A stretch of 64,000 bases of DNA from an uncultured Acidimicrobiales bacterium (GTDB lineage Bacteria; Actinomycetota; Acidimicrobiia; Acidimicrobiales; SZUA-35), in assembly GCA_938002965.1 (NCBI GenBank), contig CALKZY010000017.1, forward strand, positions 19,443-83,442, in the 5' to 3' direction. This document shows positions 9,135-17,901 of the stretch, piece by piece (position 1 is the first letter of the stretch; each line of letters opens with the position of its first letter). A program made the position numbers and the translations under genes. The notes under the pieces are model-generated. The model made no database searches. It saw only the letters and a program-made list of their open reading frames with translations, and was not told where the DNA came from.

Positions 9135-9839
9135 ATGACCAAGACGGACTGGAACCCGCTGCTGCGCTCCGAGTTCGATCAGTCCTACTGGCGAGAACTC
9201 ACGAAGTTTGTTCAGGACGAACGACGTCAACATCAGGTCTACCCACCACACGACGAGGTGTTCGCAGCCCTTCATCTGACGTCATTCGAGTCGGTCAGGG
9301 CGGTCATCTTGGGGCAGGACCCGTACCACGGTCCCGGGCAGGCTCATGGACTCTGTTTTTCGGTGCGACCAGGTGTTCCCGCTCCCCCGTCATTGAAGAA
9401 CATCTTCTCGGAGCTAGAAACCGATCTTGGCCTATCTCGCCCAGCAGATGGCTCCCTACTCCGGTGGGCAGAACAGGGAGTTCTGCTTCTCAACACCACG
9501 TTGACGGTCAGGGCTCGACAGGCAGCGTCGCATCAAGGCAAGGGGTGGGAGAAGTTCACCGACCGAATTATCGAAGTTGTTTCGGGCAAATCGGACCGCG
9601 TGGTGTTCGTTCTCTGGGGCTCGGCAGCACGGCGAAAGAAGCAGATGATTGATCTTTCCCGCCACGCTGTAGTGGAGTCGCCCCACCCGTCGCCGCTATC
9701 AGCTCACCGAGGTTTTCTCGGCTCGCGACCGTTCTCCCAGGTGAACAGCCTTCTCGAAGAGGCCGGTCGGACTCCCATTGATTGGAATCTCCATCCCGCT
9801 CCCCACGATTCCTCGGCTCAGCCTGCGCCTATCGACTGA
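9135..9839 (+). CDS. ung: uracil-DNA glycosylase (family 1)
   Basis: Motif A (GQDPYHGPGQAHGLCFSV) and motif B (HPSPLSA) are both present. 234 aa. Confidence 0.92.
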   Translation: MTKTDWNPLLRSEFDQSYWRELTKFVQDERRQHQVYPPHDEVFAALHLTSFESVRAVILGQDPYHGPGQAHGLCFSVRPGVPAPPSLKNIFSELETDLGLSRPADGSLLRWAEQGVLLLNTTLTVRARQAASHQGKGWEKFTDRIIEVVSGKSDRVVFVLWGSAARRKKQMIDLSRHAVVESPHPSPLSAHRGFLGSRPFSQVNSLLEEAGRTPIDWNLHPAPHDSSAQPAPID

Positions 9840-9877
9840 GACCTGTCGGCTACGACGTGTTGGCTGAGACCCGGCGA

Positions 9878-10666
9878 CTAATACATCGAGGCACCGGACT
9901 CGTCTCCATCCTCGCCTCGAACCTGGGCTAGGGCTGACCTGGCGCCGGCCAGTTGGGCCAGCAGGTTGGATGTGGCCGTAACCATCCGGAATCCTTGTTC
10001 GACTCGTTTCGCCGTCATAGCTGGGGTGCTATGGATGCCGGGCACAATTGACCTGGCGTTTGACAGTTCGACGATCTTCGACAGGGCCTCCTGATAGACG
10101 GCCGAGTCCGGGTGATCGGTGGCGGGAGGCAGACCATAGCTAATCGACAGATCTGCCGGGCCAACGTACACCGCGTCGATTCCTTCGACGTCGAGTATCT
10201 GATCCAACTGCTCGACGGCCTGCCTGGTTTCGATCATGGGGATGCAGGCAATCTGGCTATTGGCATCAGCGTGGTAGCCGCCGCCAAGAGCTGAGGCCGC
10301 CCGGGCTGGGCCCCAGCTTCGGGATCCCTGCGGAGCGTAACGACACGCCCGAACAGCGGCCTCGGCCTCTTCCGGTGAATTGACCATCGGGATGATGACT
10401 CCCATCGTCCCGGCGTCCAGAAGCTTGCCGATGATCCCCGGCTCGTTCCATGGAGCGCGGGCCAACGGAACCGATGTGGTTCGCATGGCCTGAAGCATCG
10501 ACGGCACGGCTGAATAGTCCAACAGCCCATGCTGAAGATCAAGGCAAAGGTAGTCATAGCCGACCGTTGCCAGCTGCTCAGCGGCGGCAACGTCTGGGGT
10601 GGACATCCAAAGTCCTATGGTCGTTCCTCCCTCAGCCCACGTCTTCTTGACCTCGTTTGCGATCAC
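9878..10666 (-). CDS. HpcH/HpaI family aldolase
   Basis: 262 aa. CLDLQHG, VIIPMVNSPEEA, PMIETRQAV and VGPADLS are characteristic of 2,4-dihydroxyhept-2-ene-1,7-dioate aldolase-like enzymes. Confidence 0.85.
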   Translation of the reverse strand: MIANEVKKTWAEGGTTIGLWMSTPDVAAAEQLATVGYDYLCLDLQHGLLDYSAVPSMLQAMRTTSVPLARAPWNEPGIIGKLLDAGTMGVIIPMVNSPEEAEAAVRACRYAPQGSRSWGPARAASALGGGYHADANSQIACIPMIETRQAVEQLDQILDVEGIDAVYVGPADLSISYGLPPATDHPDSAVYQEALSKIVELSNARSIVPGIHSTPAMTAKRVEQGFRMVTATSNLLAQLAGARSALAQVRGEDGDESGASMY

Positions 10667-10732
10667 TGCTACTGCCTCCGCGTTTGGGAACGAACAACGA
10701 CAAGCTAACAGCCTGAGGCCGATCCTGTCCCC

Positions 10733-12244
10733 TCAGTCGGCGACACGGAAAGTCCTAGCCATCAGAGGTCTAAGTCCAGGCACTGGGATCTTGGCCAGAG
10801 CCAGCAGGATCGGGTAGATCTCCAGTCGCCCAAGAATCATGTTGGCGATGCAGACCAACTTGGCGAAGGCGCTCAGGCCCGAGAAATCGCTCCGTGGTCC
10901 GACATCCGCCAGGCCGGGGCCTACGTTGCCGATCATCGTGGCCGACGCGGAGAAGGCCGTCAGGAGGTCCTCCCCGGTGAGGGCAATCAACAATCCTCCA
11001 CCACCGAACGCCGCCAACACCAAGATGAGGAATCCGGCGACCTTGCTGGCCACGCGATCGCTAACCACGGTGCCGCCAACTCGTATAGGACGAACCATGT
11101 TCTCGTGAATTTGGCTAAGCGTCTCCCGATGAGCAAGGCTGGCGACCGCCAAAACCCGAACCAGTTTCACGCCCCCCGAAGTGGATCCGGCCATGGCGCC
11201 CAGTGGCATCAGAATCAAAAGAACACTCTGCGCGGCCGGCGACCAGTCGGCGACAAAATCCACCGTCCCGTAGCCGGTGGTCGACGTGATCGACACCACG
11301 GTGAACATCGCACTTCGGAACTCGTCAAAGCCGCGACCGTCAGGCGACGCTGACAGAAACGTGATGATCGATGCCAAGGCGACAACGGCGACGTAGGTTC
11401 GAAACTCCACCGACCTCAACAGTGGACCCGGTCTCCCTCGAAACAGCCGGTACAGCAGAACGAAGCTCGTACCTGCTGTAAACATGGCCACGATGATCAC
11501 CCATTCGATGGCCGCTGACTCGAAGTGAGCGATCGACAGCGTGTGACGCGAAAAACCCCCAGTGGAAACCGTGGTAAAGGCGTGAGTCACTGCGTCATAC
11601 AATCCCATCCCAGCGATCAAAAATGCCACGATGACCACGACGGTAAAGGCGGCGTAGACGCCCCACAGATGTCGGGCCGTACTTCGAACCTTCGGCGTGA
11701 TCCGCTCCCCGGTGGGACCGGGGGCCTCGGCTTGGAACAGGCTCATCCCCCAGTTCCCGGCCGAAGGCAGCACAGCCACCACGAGAACGATTACTCCCAT
11801 TCCGCCCAGCCACTGGGTCATCGACCGCCAGAAGAGAATTCCAGATGAGGCGGCGAACGTGGTCGGGTCGTCTTCGGCTGCTTGGAGCACCGTGGCCCCG
11901 GTGGTAGTGAAGCCCGAGACGGACTCGAACAGGGCGTCTTCCACCGATACTAGAGTTCCGGTGGCCAGATATGGCATAGCTCCCACCACAGACATGGCTA
12001 CCCAAGCCGAGGTCACAGCAAAGAAGATATCGAGTCTGGGGATGCGGTCCGGCACCTCGGTGAGGAGGCGCAGCGAATAGCCAAGGGTCACGACGACGAG
12101 CCCGATCACCGTCAGAACCCTCCAGTCGCTTGAGGATCCGTAGATCAGCTCAACCAAAGCGGCTACGACCATACCCGCTCCACAAACAGCAAGCGTCAGC
12201 CCCAGAACCTGACCGAGGACACTTGGACGTTGGGGCAGGCTCAT
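10733..12244 (-). CDS. trkH: Trk-type potassium uptake protein TrkH
   Basis: 503-aa polytopic protein. It carries repeated selectivity-filter-like motifs (GFTTTGATV, STGGFS, TSTTGYGT, GNVGPG). The start overlaps the trkA stop as ATGA. Confidence 0.9.
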   Translation of the reverse strand: MSLPQRPSVLGQVLGLTLAVCGAGMVVAALVELIYGSSSDWRVLTVIGLVVVTLGYSLRLLTEVPDRIPRLDIFFAVTSAWVAMSVVGAMPYLATGTLVSVEDALFESVSGFTTTGATVLQAAEDDPTTFAASSGILFWRSMTQWLGGMGVIVLVVAVLPSAGNWGMSLFQAEAPGPTGERITPKVRSTARHLWGVYAAFTVVVIVAFLIAGMGLYDAVTHAFTTVSTGGFSRHTLSIAHFESAAIEWVIIVAMFTAGTSFVLLYRLFRGRPGPLLRSVEFRTYVAVVALASIITFLSASPDGRGFDEFRSAMFTVVSITSTTGYGTVDFVADWSPAAQSVLLILMPLGAMAGSTSGGVKLVRVLAVASLAHRETLSQIHENMVRPIRVGGTVVSDRVASKVAGFLILVLAAFGGGGLLIALTGEDLLTAFSASATMIGNVGPGLADVGPRSDFSGLSAFAKLVCIANMILGRLEIYPILLALAKIPVPGLRPLMARTFRVAD

Positions 12245-13584
12245 TCGGAGCCGAATATCGACTTCGCTGCGGCAAGCGACGCGGCGTGGCCGAACACCAC
12301 AACGTGATCGCCTGCCTCAAGCTCGGTTCCGCCTCGGGCGATGACCGGCTCCTGGCCGGCCCTGATGACGGCTCCGATGAGGAGGTCGTCGGGAAGTTCA
12401 AGTTCGGCTATTCGAGAGCCGTCAGCTTCGCTCCCAAACCTGATCTCAACTTCGTCAACTTCCGAGTTGCCTTCAAGGAACGTGGCTACGGCCGTCACAC
12501 CGACCCGCATGGAGCGCAGGACGGCATTGGCCGACGCGGTCCTGGGGCTAAGAGCAGCGTCAATGCCGAAACGTCGAACGAGGGGCAACAATTCCAGCCG
12601 GTGAAGCACCGCTACGGTGAATGCGCTGCCTTCGGCCATGGCAAAGGCGCAAGCCAGAACGTTGGAGGGGTCCTCACCGGTGGCGGCGATCACGACGTCC
12701 ATTGACCCGATCCCCTCCTCAACAAGAATGTTGGTGTTGGTCACGTCGCCTTGAACGACAACCACTCGGCGCAACCGGCTGGACAGCATCTCTGCCCGAT
12801 CGGGATCACGTTCCACCAGCACGACGTCGACGCCTTCGTATTCCAGATGCTCCGCAACTCGGGTTCCCACTGCCCCACCGCCAAGAACCATGGCCTTGCG
12901 AACACGCTTCGATTCGACGCCCAGCAGCTGCAAGACGGTTCGCTTGGCCGACGCCGGACAGAGAATTCGAACGTGATCACCAGCGTTCAGCCGGTCGTTC
13001 CCCGAGGGAATTATGGTCCGGTCGTCGCGAGTGATCGCCCCGCAGAGAAAGTCGGAGCGCGCCTGTCCGATTTCTTCCAGCGTCTTGCCCGCTATCGATG
13101 CGCCATCGGCGACATAGGCGCCAACAACGACCAGCTGGCCTTCAGCCATCGGGTAGATTTCGTCGGCGCCGGTCGAGTGAACAAGCTCGATAATCTCGTC
13201 AGCGGTTTCGGCGTCTGGATCAATTACCACGTCGGCACCAACCCGCCGAAGTAGCTTCTTCCCAGCGTCGCCACGCAGCTCATCTGTTTCAACCCGAACA
13301 ACGGTCGTTCGGACGCCGCGCTCTTTGGCCAACATCGACGCCACCAGATTCACTTCATCGGACTGGGTGACGGCCGCCAGCAAGCCGGCGTTCTCAACCC
13401 CGGCTTCAACCAAATTGGAGGGCAACGTTCCGGAGCCGACGATAACTTGCACGTCCAACTCGGCGCCTATCGCTGCCGCCCGATGAGCGTCTTGCTCGAT
13501 AACAACGACGTCCACGCCTTCGCCGGTCAGACGCTCGGCGAGGTAGCCGCCCACCTCTCCGGCACCAACAATCACCACATGCAT
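12241..13584 (-). CDS. trkA: Trk system NAD-binding protein TrkA (two RCK modules)
   Basis: Two Rossmann motifs are present (VVIVGAGEVGGYLAERL and MVLGGGAVGTRVAEHL), each followed by an RCK_C-like segment. Start chosen is ATG 13584; a GTG at 13620 is possible. Confidence 0.88.
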   Translation of the reverse strand: MHVVIVGAGEVGGYLAERLTGEGVDVVVIEQDAHRAAAIGAELDVQVIVGSGTLPSNLVEAGVENAGLLAAVTQSDEVNLVASMLAKERGVRTTVVRVETDELRGDAGKKLLRRVGADVVIDPDAETADEIIELVHSTGADEIYPMAEGQLVVVGAYVADGASIAGKTLEEIGQARSDFLCGAITRDDRTIIPSGNDRLNAGDHVRILCPASAKRTVLQLLGVESKRVRKAMVLGGGAVGTRVAEHLEYEGVDVVLVERDPDRAEMLSSRLRRVVVVQGDVTNTNILVEEGIGSMDVVIAATGEDPSNVLACAFAMAEGSAFTVAVLHRLELLPLVRRFGIDAALSPRTASANAVLRSMRVGVTAVATFLEGNSEVDEVEIRFGSEADGSRIAELELPDDLLIGAVIRAGQEPVIARGGTELEAGDHVVVFGHAASLAAAKSIFGSE

Positions 13585-13620
13585 AGGTTGTACGTTCCGC
13601 TTTCTACGCAGCCGGATCAC

Positions 13621-14400
13621 TCATGAAGTCGACCAACGACGCAGACGTACCAGAAGTTCATCGAAGATCTCGGGTAGACCGCGGGCCCTACTCCCATAGG
13701 TATGGATCGGCGCCCTGGCGTTGTGAGCCTCATTGATCAGAACTCGATTGGGGATGACCGGGCTCCATACCGCCCGTCGACCTACCATCCCGTAGAGTTC
13801 CTCGATCCGGTTGTTGGCATCTTTGGATGTCGGGGGGACGCGGTTGAGAATCACTCCGGCGATGTCGAGTTCGCTGTTGTGCTGATCCCAAATCGAGTCG
13901 ATGAGGTCGAGTACAGGGTTGATGCCGCGCAGACCAAACACGGTTGGCTCAACAATGATGAGAGCACCGTCAGCGGCCGTCAAACCACAAGATGTGTTCA
14001 GACCGAGAGACGGCGCACAATCGATGAGGACCAGTTCGAAGTCATCGGAGACGCCTTCCAGCGCCCGTCGCAGCCGCTGGGCCGTAGTGGGTCCCTGACG
14101 GTCGTTCTCTCGTTCGGTCAGGTCATGGCCGCCTGGCAGAAGCCAGACGTCTTCGCCCCACCCGGACGGCACGATCATGTCGGCTGCAGAACCGGTCTTC
14201 GACGATCGCATGGCGTCACCCGTACCGAAGTTATCCAGTGATGGTTCCACTCCGAGTGACCAGGTCGCGTTCGCCTGGGCGTCAAGGTCGACAACCAGCG
14301 TCCGGATTCCAGCGTTCAACGCTGCCGACGCCAAGCCCAAGACCACAGTGGTCTTGCCGACGCCACCCTTTTGGTTGAGTATCGCGACCGAACGCTTCAT
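13621..14400 (-). CDS. ParA/Soj-like ATPase (orphan)
   Basis: Deviant Walker A ILNQKGGVGKTT is present, with Walker B-like LVLIDCAP. ATG 14400 is preceded by GAAGAGGA. No parB or parS was recognised nearby. Confidence 0.85.
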   Translation of the reverse strand: MKRSVAILNQKGGVGKTTVVLGLASAALNAGIRTLVVDLDAQANATWSLGVEPSLDNFGTGDAMRSSKTGSAADMIVPSGWGEDVWLLPGGHDLTERENDRQGPTTAQRLRRALEGVSDDFELVLIDCAPSLGLNTSCGLTAADGALIIVEPTVFGLRGINPVLDLIDSIWDQHNSELDIAGVILNRVPPTSKDANNRIEELYGMVGRRAVWSPVIPNRVLINEAHNARAPIHTYGSRARGLPEIFDELLVRLRRWSTS

Positions 14401-14561
14401 GCCATCCTCTTCCCTGGAAGCCAACCTAAGCCATTGTTGATCGGCTCTACTCTAGAGCGAGATCACAAAAGAAGGGGGGACGCGACCGACTGGACAGGCG
14501 GGAATCGGACCGATCAGGCCTCGCGGATGGAGGGAACTAGGTGTGGGCGGTTGAATGAGGA

Positions 14562-14999
14562 TTAGAGAGCCACGCCGCCGGTTTGAGACCGATCCTGGCG
14601 GTGGAGATCAATTACGTCGGCGTTTTTTCGATCCTCGAGGATGCCTCGCAGCCTTGCGATCTCACGCTCATGCTCATCTCGCTTCCGGCGGGCAGCGGTG
14701 AGGGCGCCATCAGCTCGGGCTATCAAGCTGCGCAGGTTGGCAAGCTCAGCGACCATATTGGCGTCGTGAACGCCGGTGGTCTGGCTTTCCGCCGCAACGG
14801 GCTGGCGCATGGGGTCTTCCAGCTCAGCGCGCAAGGCGAAGAGGTCGTTAACGGCTTGAGTTCGCTGACGCTCTATTTTCCGGCGGCTCTCAACAAGCTT
14901 CCGGGTGATCGCTTGGTGACGTCGGTCAAGAACCCACATCCCGACGCCTCCGATGAGGAGGCCGATCATGAGGCCGATCACCAAATTCAAGTTCCACAT
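14562..14999 (-). CDS. hypothetical membrane-anchored coiled-coil protein
   Basis: 145 aa. An N-terminal TM (LVIGLMIGLLIGGVGMWVL) is followed by a charged helical region. No family recognised. Confidence 0.55.
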   Translation of the reverse strand: MWNLNLVIGLMIGLLIGGVGMWVLDRRHQAITRKLVESRRKIERQRTQAVNDLFALRAELEDPMRQPVAAESQTTGVHDANMVAELANLRSLIARADGALTAARRKRDEHEREIARLRGILEDRKNADVIDLHRQDRSQTGGVAL

Positions 15000-15094
15000 T
15001 TTGTGTATCCGCCGATCCTGTTCCCAGTTAGATCCGTTGACTAGTGTAATGCGTCAAGGCGACCGAAACCAGCCCCAGAACACTGGTGAGGCCC

Positions 15095-15142
15095 GTTTCG
15101 GCCAAAAAGCCGCCGTTTCAGAAGCGTTTCATTCCTGTTTCA
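15095..15142 (-). promoter_or_regulatory. phased TGAAAC direct repeats (candidate response-regulator binding site)
   Basis: On the + strand GTTTCA occurs at 15115, 15126 and 15137, exactly 11 bp apart, with GTTTCG at 15095. The repeats lie 116-143 nt upstream of the minus-strand start at 14999. Confidence 0.3.
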
Positions 15143-15299
15143 GGCATGTCTACCGACCTCAGATGGTCAACCTGCCCAGCGACAACGGGCCAACGCCTTC
15201 CTCAAACACCCGCCAGCATCAGGCCAAATGCCAGTACTCATTCGGCAACAGTGCTTGCCACAGCTCGACCGAATGGCCCAATCAATCGGCCAACTCTGA

Positions 15300-15938
15300 T
15301 CAATAGGCGTCAAAAAGAGCGTTCTGGTTGGACTCGTTCTTACCGGCCAACCAGTGTCGCCGACATCGCAGGTCATAGCTGACGGCCAGTTCGCTAAGCC
15401 GATCTTCTTGAAGGTCGGCGCCGCCAACAACCTTAAGATCGCCCTCGTACACCTGACGCCCGTTTACCAGGCGCGCATTGTGGGTTGCCCGTGCCCCACA
15501 CCAACACCGGGCCTCCACCTGAAGTTCCATTCGCCGGTCAGCGACCTCAAGCAACCGACGGGTGCCGGGGAAAAGATTGCCCTGGAACGAAGTCAACAGC
15601 CCGAAGGCATAGACCTCGACACCTAACTCGTCGACCACTCTGGCCAGTTGGTCGATTTGTCCGGGCTCATAGAACTGGGCCTCGTCGCACACCACGGCGT
15701 GCAGGCCATTTCGCAGCAGGTGCTCTTGAAAGACAAGGCGCTCCAGATCAACTGTTCCATCGATCAGCGCCGCTTCGGCCGAGACACCCAGGCGACTGGA
15801 GACAACCCCCTCGTTTCGATCCATCTGTGTCACCAACAAACACGGAAGTCCACCTTTGCTCAGATTGTGGTGGATCTGCAGCGCCTGTGTTGACTTTCCG
15901 GAACCCATGGTCCCGTAAAAGAAGCGAAGTTCGGCCAT
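15300..15938 (-). CDS. tdk: thymidine kinase
   Basis: 212 aa. The P-loop is FFYGTMGSGKST, and C-terminal Cys residues (CWCG ... CRRH) fit the zinc-binding lasso of type II TK. Confidence 0.9.
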   Translation of the reverse strand: MAELRFFYGTMGSGKSTQALQIHHNLSKGGLPCLLVTQMDRNEGVVSSRLGVSAEAALIDGTVDLERLVFQEHLLRNGLHAVVCDEAQFYEPGQIDQLARVVDELGVEVYAFGLLTSFQGNLFPGTRRLLEVADRRMELQVEARCWCGARATHNARLVNGRQVYEGDLKVVGGADLQEDRLSELAVSYDLRCRRHWLAGKNESNQNALFDAY

Positions 15939-16106
15939 CGCAACGACGATAGCGGGCCATCTCGATGCTGTCCCGTGGAGCCGATGCCTAGGCGAAACTG
16001 CCCAGCTGACGGATAAACAGGGTCAGAACGTTTCGGTCATGTAGAGGAGTGACCGGTACGATAAAGAGCAAATGGGCGTTGCGGAACGAATGCTAGAGAG
16101 CTGGTT

Positions 16107-16868
16107 ATGACCAGCTACACCCGCCTACGAGCAGATGGTGCCGACGGCCTACAGCGAGGGCCCGCTGGGTGGTTTGGTCGACCGGTCTTTCTTGAGCTTC
16201 GCAACAGGTATGAACGCCGTGCTTTGGAAGCGAGTCCCCTGTGGCACGCTGAAGGCGTCCCCTTAGGCCTCGGTCGCCCCTTACTCCTCATTCCCGGGTT
16301 CCTGGCCAACCCCATGAGTTGCGATCCGATGCGAGCCATCCTTGAACGGGCGGGCTGGCAGGTGAAAGTCGCCGACATCGGAAGAAACTCAGGTCCCGCC
16401 TACACCTCGCTGGACGTTTGTACCGATCATCTTCAGGCAATGGCCGGTGACGGGCGCACACCGGTAACAATTGTCGGACACTCCCGGGGCGGGCAGTACG
16501 GGCGAATATTGGCCGTGCGGCACGAACACCTGGTTCGACAGGTGGTGGCACTGGGTGCCCCATTGCTCCTCAAATATCCAAGATTTGCCCCAGTCCGAGT
16601 GCCGATTGAGGTACTCGAGGTCAGTTGGCGGAGCGGAGCTCTCGGCCCGGTTGATGTTGTCCAAGAGGACGCAGTTGACCGGGACCGGTTCCTGCCTTTC
16701 CCCGATCAGATCGGCTTTGTGTCGGTGTACTCCAGAAACGACGGGATCGTGGACTGGAGAGCGAGCCGCGATCCCGCTGCCCGTATGATCGAGGTCTCGT
16801 CTTCTCATCGCGGCCTTGTAAACGGATTGGCGGGAATGACCGCCGTCGCAGACGCCCTCGACGTCTGA
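16107..16868 (+). CDS. alpha/beta hydrolase (lipase/esterase-like)
   Basis: 253 aa with the nucleophile elbow VGHSRGG. The start is uncertain. Confidence 0.7.
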   Translation: MTSYTRLRADGADGLQRGPAGWFGRPVFLELRNRYERRALEASPLWHAEGVPLGLGRPLLLIPGFLANPMSCDPMRAILERAGWQVKVADIGRNSGPAYTSLDVCTDHLQAMAGDGRTPVTIVGHSRGGQYGRILAVRHEHLVRQVVALGAPLLLKYPRFAPVRVPIEVLEVSWRSGALGPVDVVQEDAVDRDRFLPFPDQIGFVSVYSRNDGIVDWRASRDPAARMIEVSSSHRGLVNGLAGMTAVADALDV

Positions 16869-16949
16869 CGCAGGCTCTGGGCAATCCGATTCTCCCAGGT
16901 GAGCGTGCCGAGGTTGTGAACAGCTCCTGCCCAGGGGCAATGTGGCGAC

Positions 16950-17819
16950 ATGGAACTGGGAACGAACTTTGAACGGGTTGGCGTCGTCGGGGCCGGCCTC
17001 ATGGGCTCTGGCATCGCCGAGGTGGCGGCCAAGGCGGGAATTAACGTCACGGTTGTCGAGGCGTCATCGGTTGCCGCCGAGTCGGGACTAAACCGAATCC
17101 GCAAATCGATCGATCGGGCGGTGGCCAAGTCGAAGCTTGCCGAGGACGAGGGGGCTGCCATCATGTCACGGATTCATATCTCCGAGGACTTAGCCAGCTT
17201 GGCTGACCGTCAAATGGTCATCGAAGCTGTTGTCGAAGACGAGCAGATCAAAGTCGATCTGTTCCGCAACCTCGACGAAGTCGTCTCTGACGACGCCATC
17301 TTGGCATCCAACACATCGTCAATCCCCATCATGAAATTGGCAATGGCTACCTCGCGCCCCGAAAAAGTCATTGGCATTCACTTCTTCAACCCGGTCCCGG
17401 TGCTCGACCTGGTCGAGCTCGTTATCTCCCTGCACACATCTCCAGAGACGCACGAGATGGCCCGAAATTTCGCTGAGGCGCAGCTCGGCAAGTCTGTGAT
17501 CGAGTCTCAGGATCGCGCCGGGTTCATCGTGAACGCGCTGCTTATCCCCTACGTCTTGTCTGCAATCCGGATGTTCGAGTCGGGATTCGCCTCGAAAGAA
17601 GACATCGACCAAGGCATGGTGGTTGGGTGTGCTCATCCCATGGGGCCCTTAGCCTTGGCCGACCTCATCGGCCTGGATACAACAATGGCGGTGGCCGAAT
17701 CACTCTATGAAGAGTTTCGCGAGCAGCTCTATGCCCCGCCGCCGCTCCTTGCCCGCATGGTCGACGCCGGACTACTCGGACGCAAGACCGGCCGCGGGTT
17801 TTACGAATACGCTCGGTAG
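16950..17819 (+). CDS. hbd: 3-hydroxybutyryl-CoA / 3-hydroxyacyl-CoA dehydrogenase
   Basis: 289 aa. VGVVGAGLMGSGIA is the Rossmann motif. SNTSS, HFFNPV and the C-terminal GRKTGRGFY are typical of 3HCDH. Confidence 0.9.
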   Translation: MELGTNFERVGVVGAGLMGSGIAEVAAKAGINVTVVEASSVAAESGLNRIRKSIDRAVAKSKLAEDEGAAIMSRIHISEDLASLADRQMVIEAVVEDEQIKVDLFRNLDEVVSDDAILASNTSSIPIMKLAMATSRPEKVIGIHFFNPVPVLDLVELVISLHTSPETHEMARNFAEAQLGKSVIESQDRAGFIVNALLIPYVLSAIRMFESGFASKEDIDQGMVVGCAHPMGPLALADLIGLDTTMAVAESLYEEFREQLYAPPPLLARMVDAGLLGRKTGRGFYEYAR

Positions 17820-17827
17820 TGAAAACG

Positions 17828-17867
17828 TCTGCGGGCCCCAGCGGCTGGTAAGCCCGGGGCCCGCAGA
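17828..17867. terminator. bidirectional terminator hairpin between convergent genes
   Basis: TCTGCGGGCCCC (17828-17839) pairs perfectly with GGGGCCCGCAGA (17856-17867), a 12-bp stem. It lies between the hbd stop and the stop of the 718-aa gene. Confidence 0.6.
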
Positions 17868-17901
17868 ACTTCCGCCTAAGCGGATTATGAGTTTGCTGTT
17901 A

